Source of the DNA: Escherichia phage vB-Eco-KMB14
Sequence record: OR424384.1
Length of the DNA: 44,563 nt
Direction: 5' to 3' (one strand)
The notes beneath the pieces were generated by a model. That model did not search any database and was not told where the DNA came from. It saw nothing but the letters and a program-made list of their open reading frames with translations. Position 1 is the first letter of the stretch. Each line of letters opens with the position of its first letter. A program made the translations under genes and the position numbers. Below are positions 44,300-44,563 of the stretch, in pieces.

Positions 44300-44563
44300 A
44301 AAATTTTGATGTAGGCGTGTGTCAGCTCTCTCGCCCTCGCCCTCGCCGGGTTGTCCCCATATGGGGTTGCTCGGCGGTTGGCCTAGGAATTGGGCGGGGC
44401 TGGGCCGATTTCATCGGGTGGGCCGAGGTCTGCCGAGGCTTGCTCTTAGTGGGAGCACAAGGAGAACGCCTAGGAAGCGCTAGGGCACGCCTTAGTATTG
44501 GACAAGGTGATTGCCTTAGTGCAACCGCTTAGGGCTTACACGGGCCGTTTTAGGGCCATTCCT
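44300..44563. repeat. GC-rich right-end region with GCCCTC repeats, palindrome CCCCATATGGGG and CTTAG-type repeats
   Basis: Composition shifts sharply from the rest of the genome: ctcgccctcgccctcgccgg, ccccatatgggg at 44355-44366, then gccttagt/gcttaggg motifs resembling the left-end array. Confidence 0.45.

Noticed and set aside
1-44563. Lysogeny functions (integrase, repressor, attachment site), tRNA genes, or defence-system cassettes
   Set aside because: No integrase- or repressor-like ORF and no tRNA-like structure was recognised. The gene content is that of a strictly lytic T7/SP6-type phage. tRNAs cannot be fully excluded without a dedicated scan.

Overview
This window looks like a near-complete genome of a lytic T7-supergroup podophage (Autographiviridae), with every supported gene on the + strand. 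Gene order is: left-end short-repeat array; early genes including a clear Ocr (T7 gp0.3) homolog; single-subunit RNA polymerase (3173-5800); gp1.1-like peptide; primase/helicase; family-A DNA polymerase; candidate gp2.5-like SSB; 5'-3' exonuclease; endonuclease VII; metallophosphoesterase; ATP-dependent DNA ligase; GNAT-like acetyltransferase; portal, scaffold, major capsid, tail tubular A/B, three internal virion proteins, tail-fibre adaptor, holin, small and large terminase; endolysin and spanins; two tailspikes; GC-rich right end. About 14 phage-RNAP promoters of consensus ATTTACTGGACACTATAGAAG (SP6-like class) are scattered through the genome. The most unusual structure is at 12871-13167: a 105-bp promoter/leader segment is tandemly duplicated around an 87-bp insert that is a snap-back copy of the 5' end of the internal-virion-protein gene at 27642. 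Other notable signals are a perfectly conserved 16-bp palindrome (GTCTCACATGTGAGAC) at seven intergenic sites, and an origin-like twin-promoter region between the RNAP gene and gene 1.1. Product calls rest on motifs I recognise from the translations; no database search was run.
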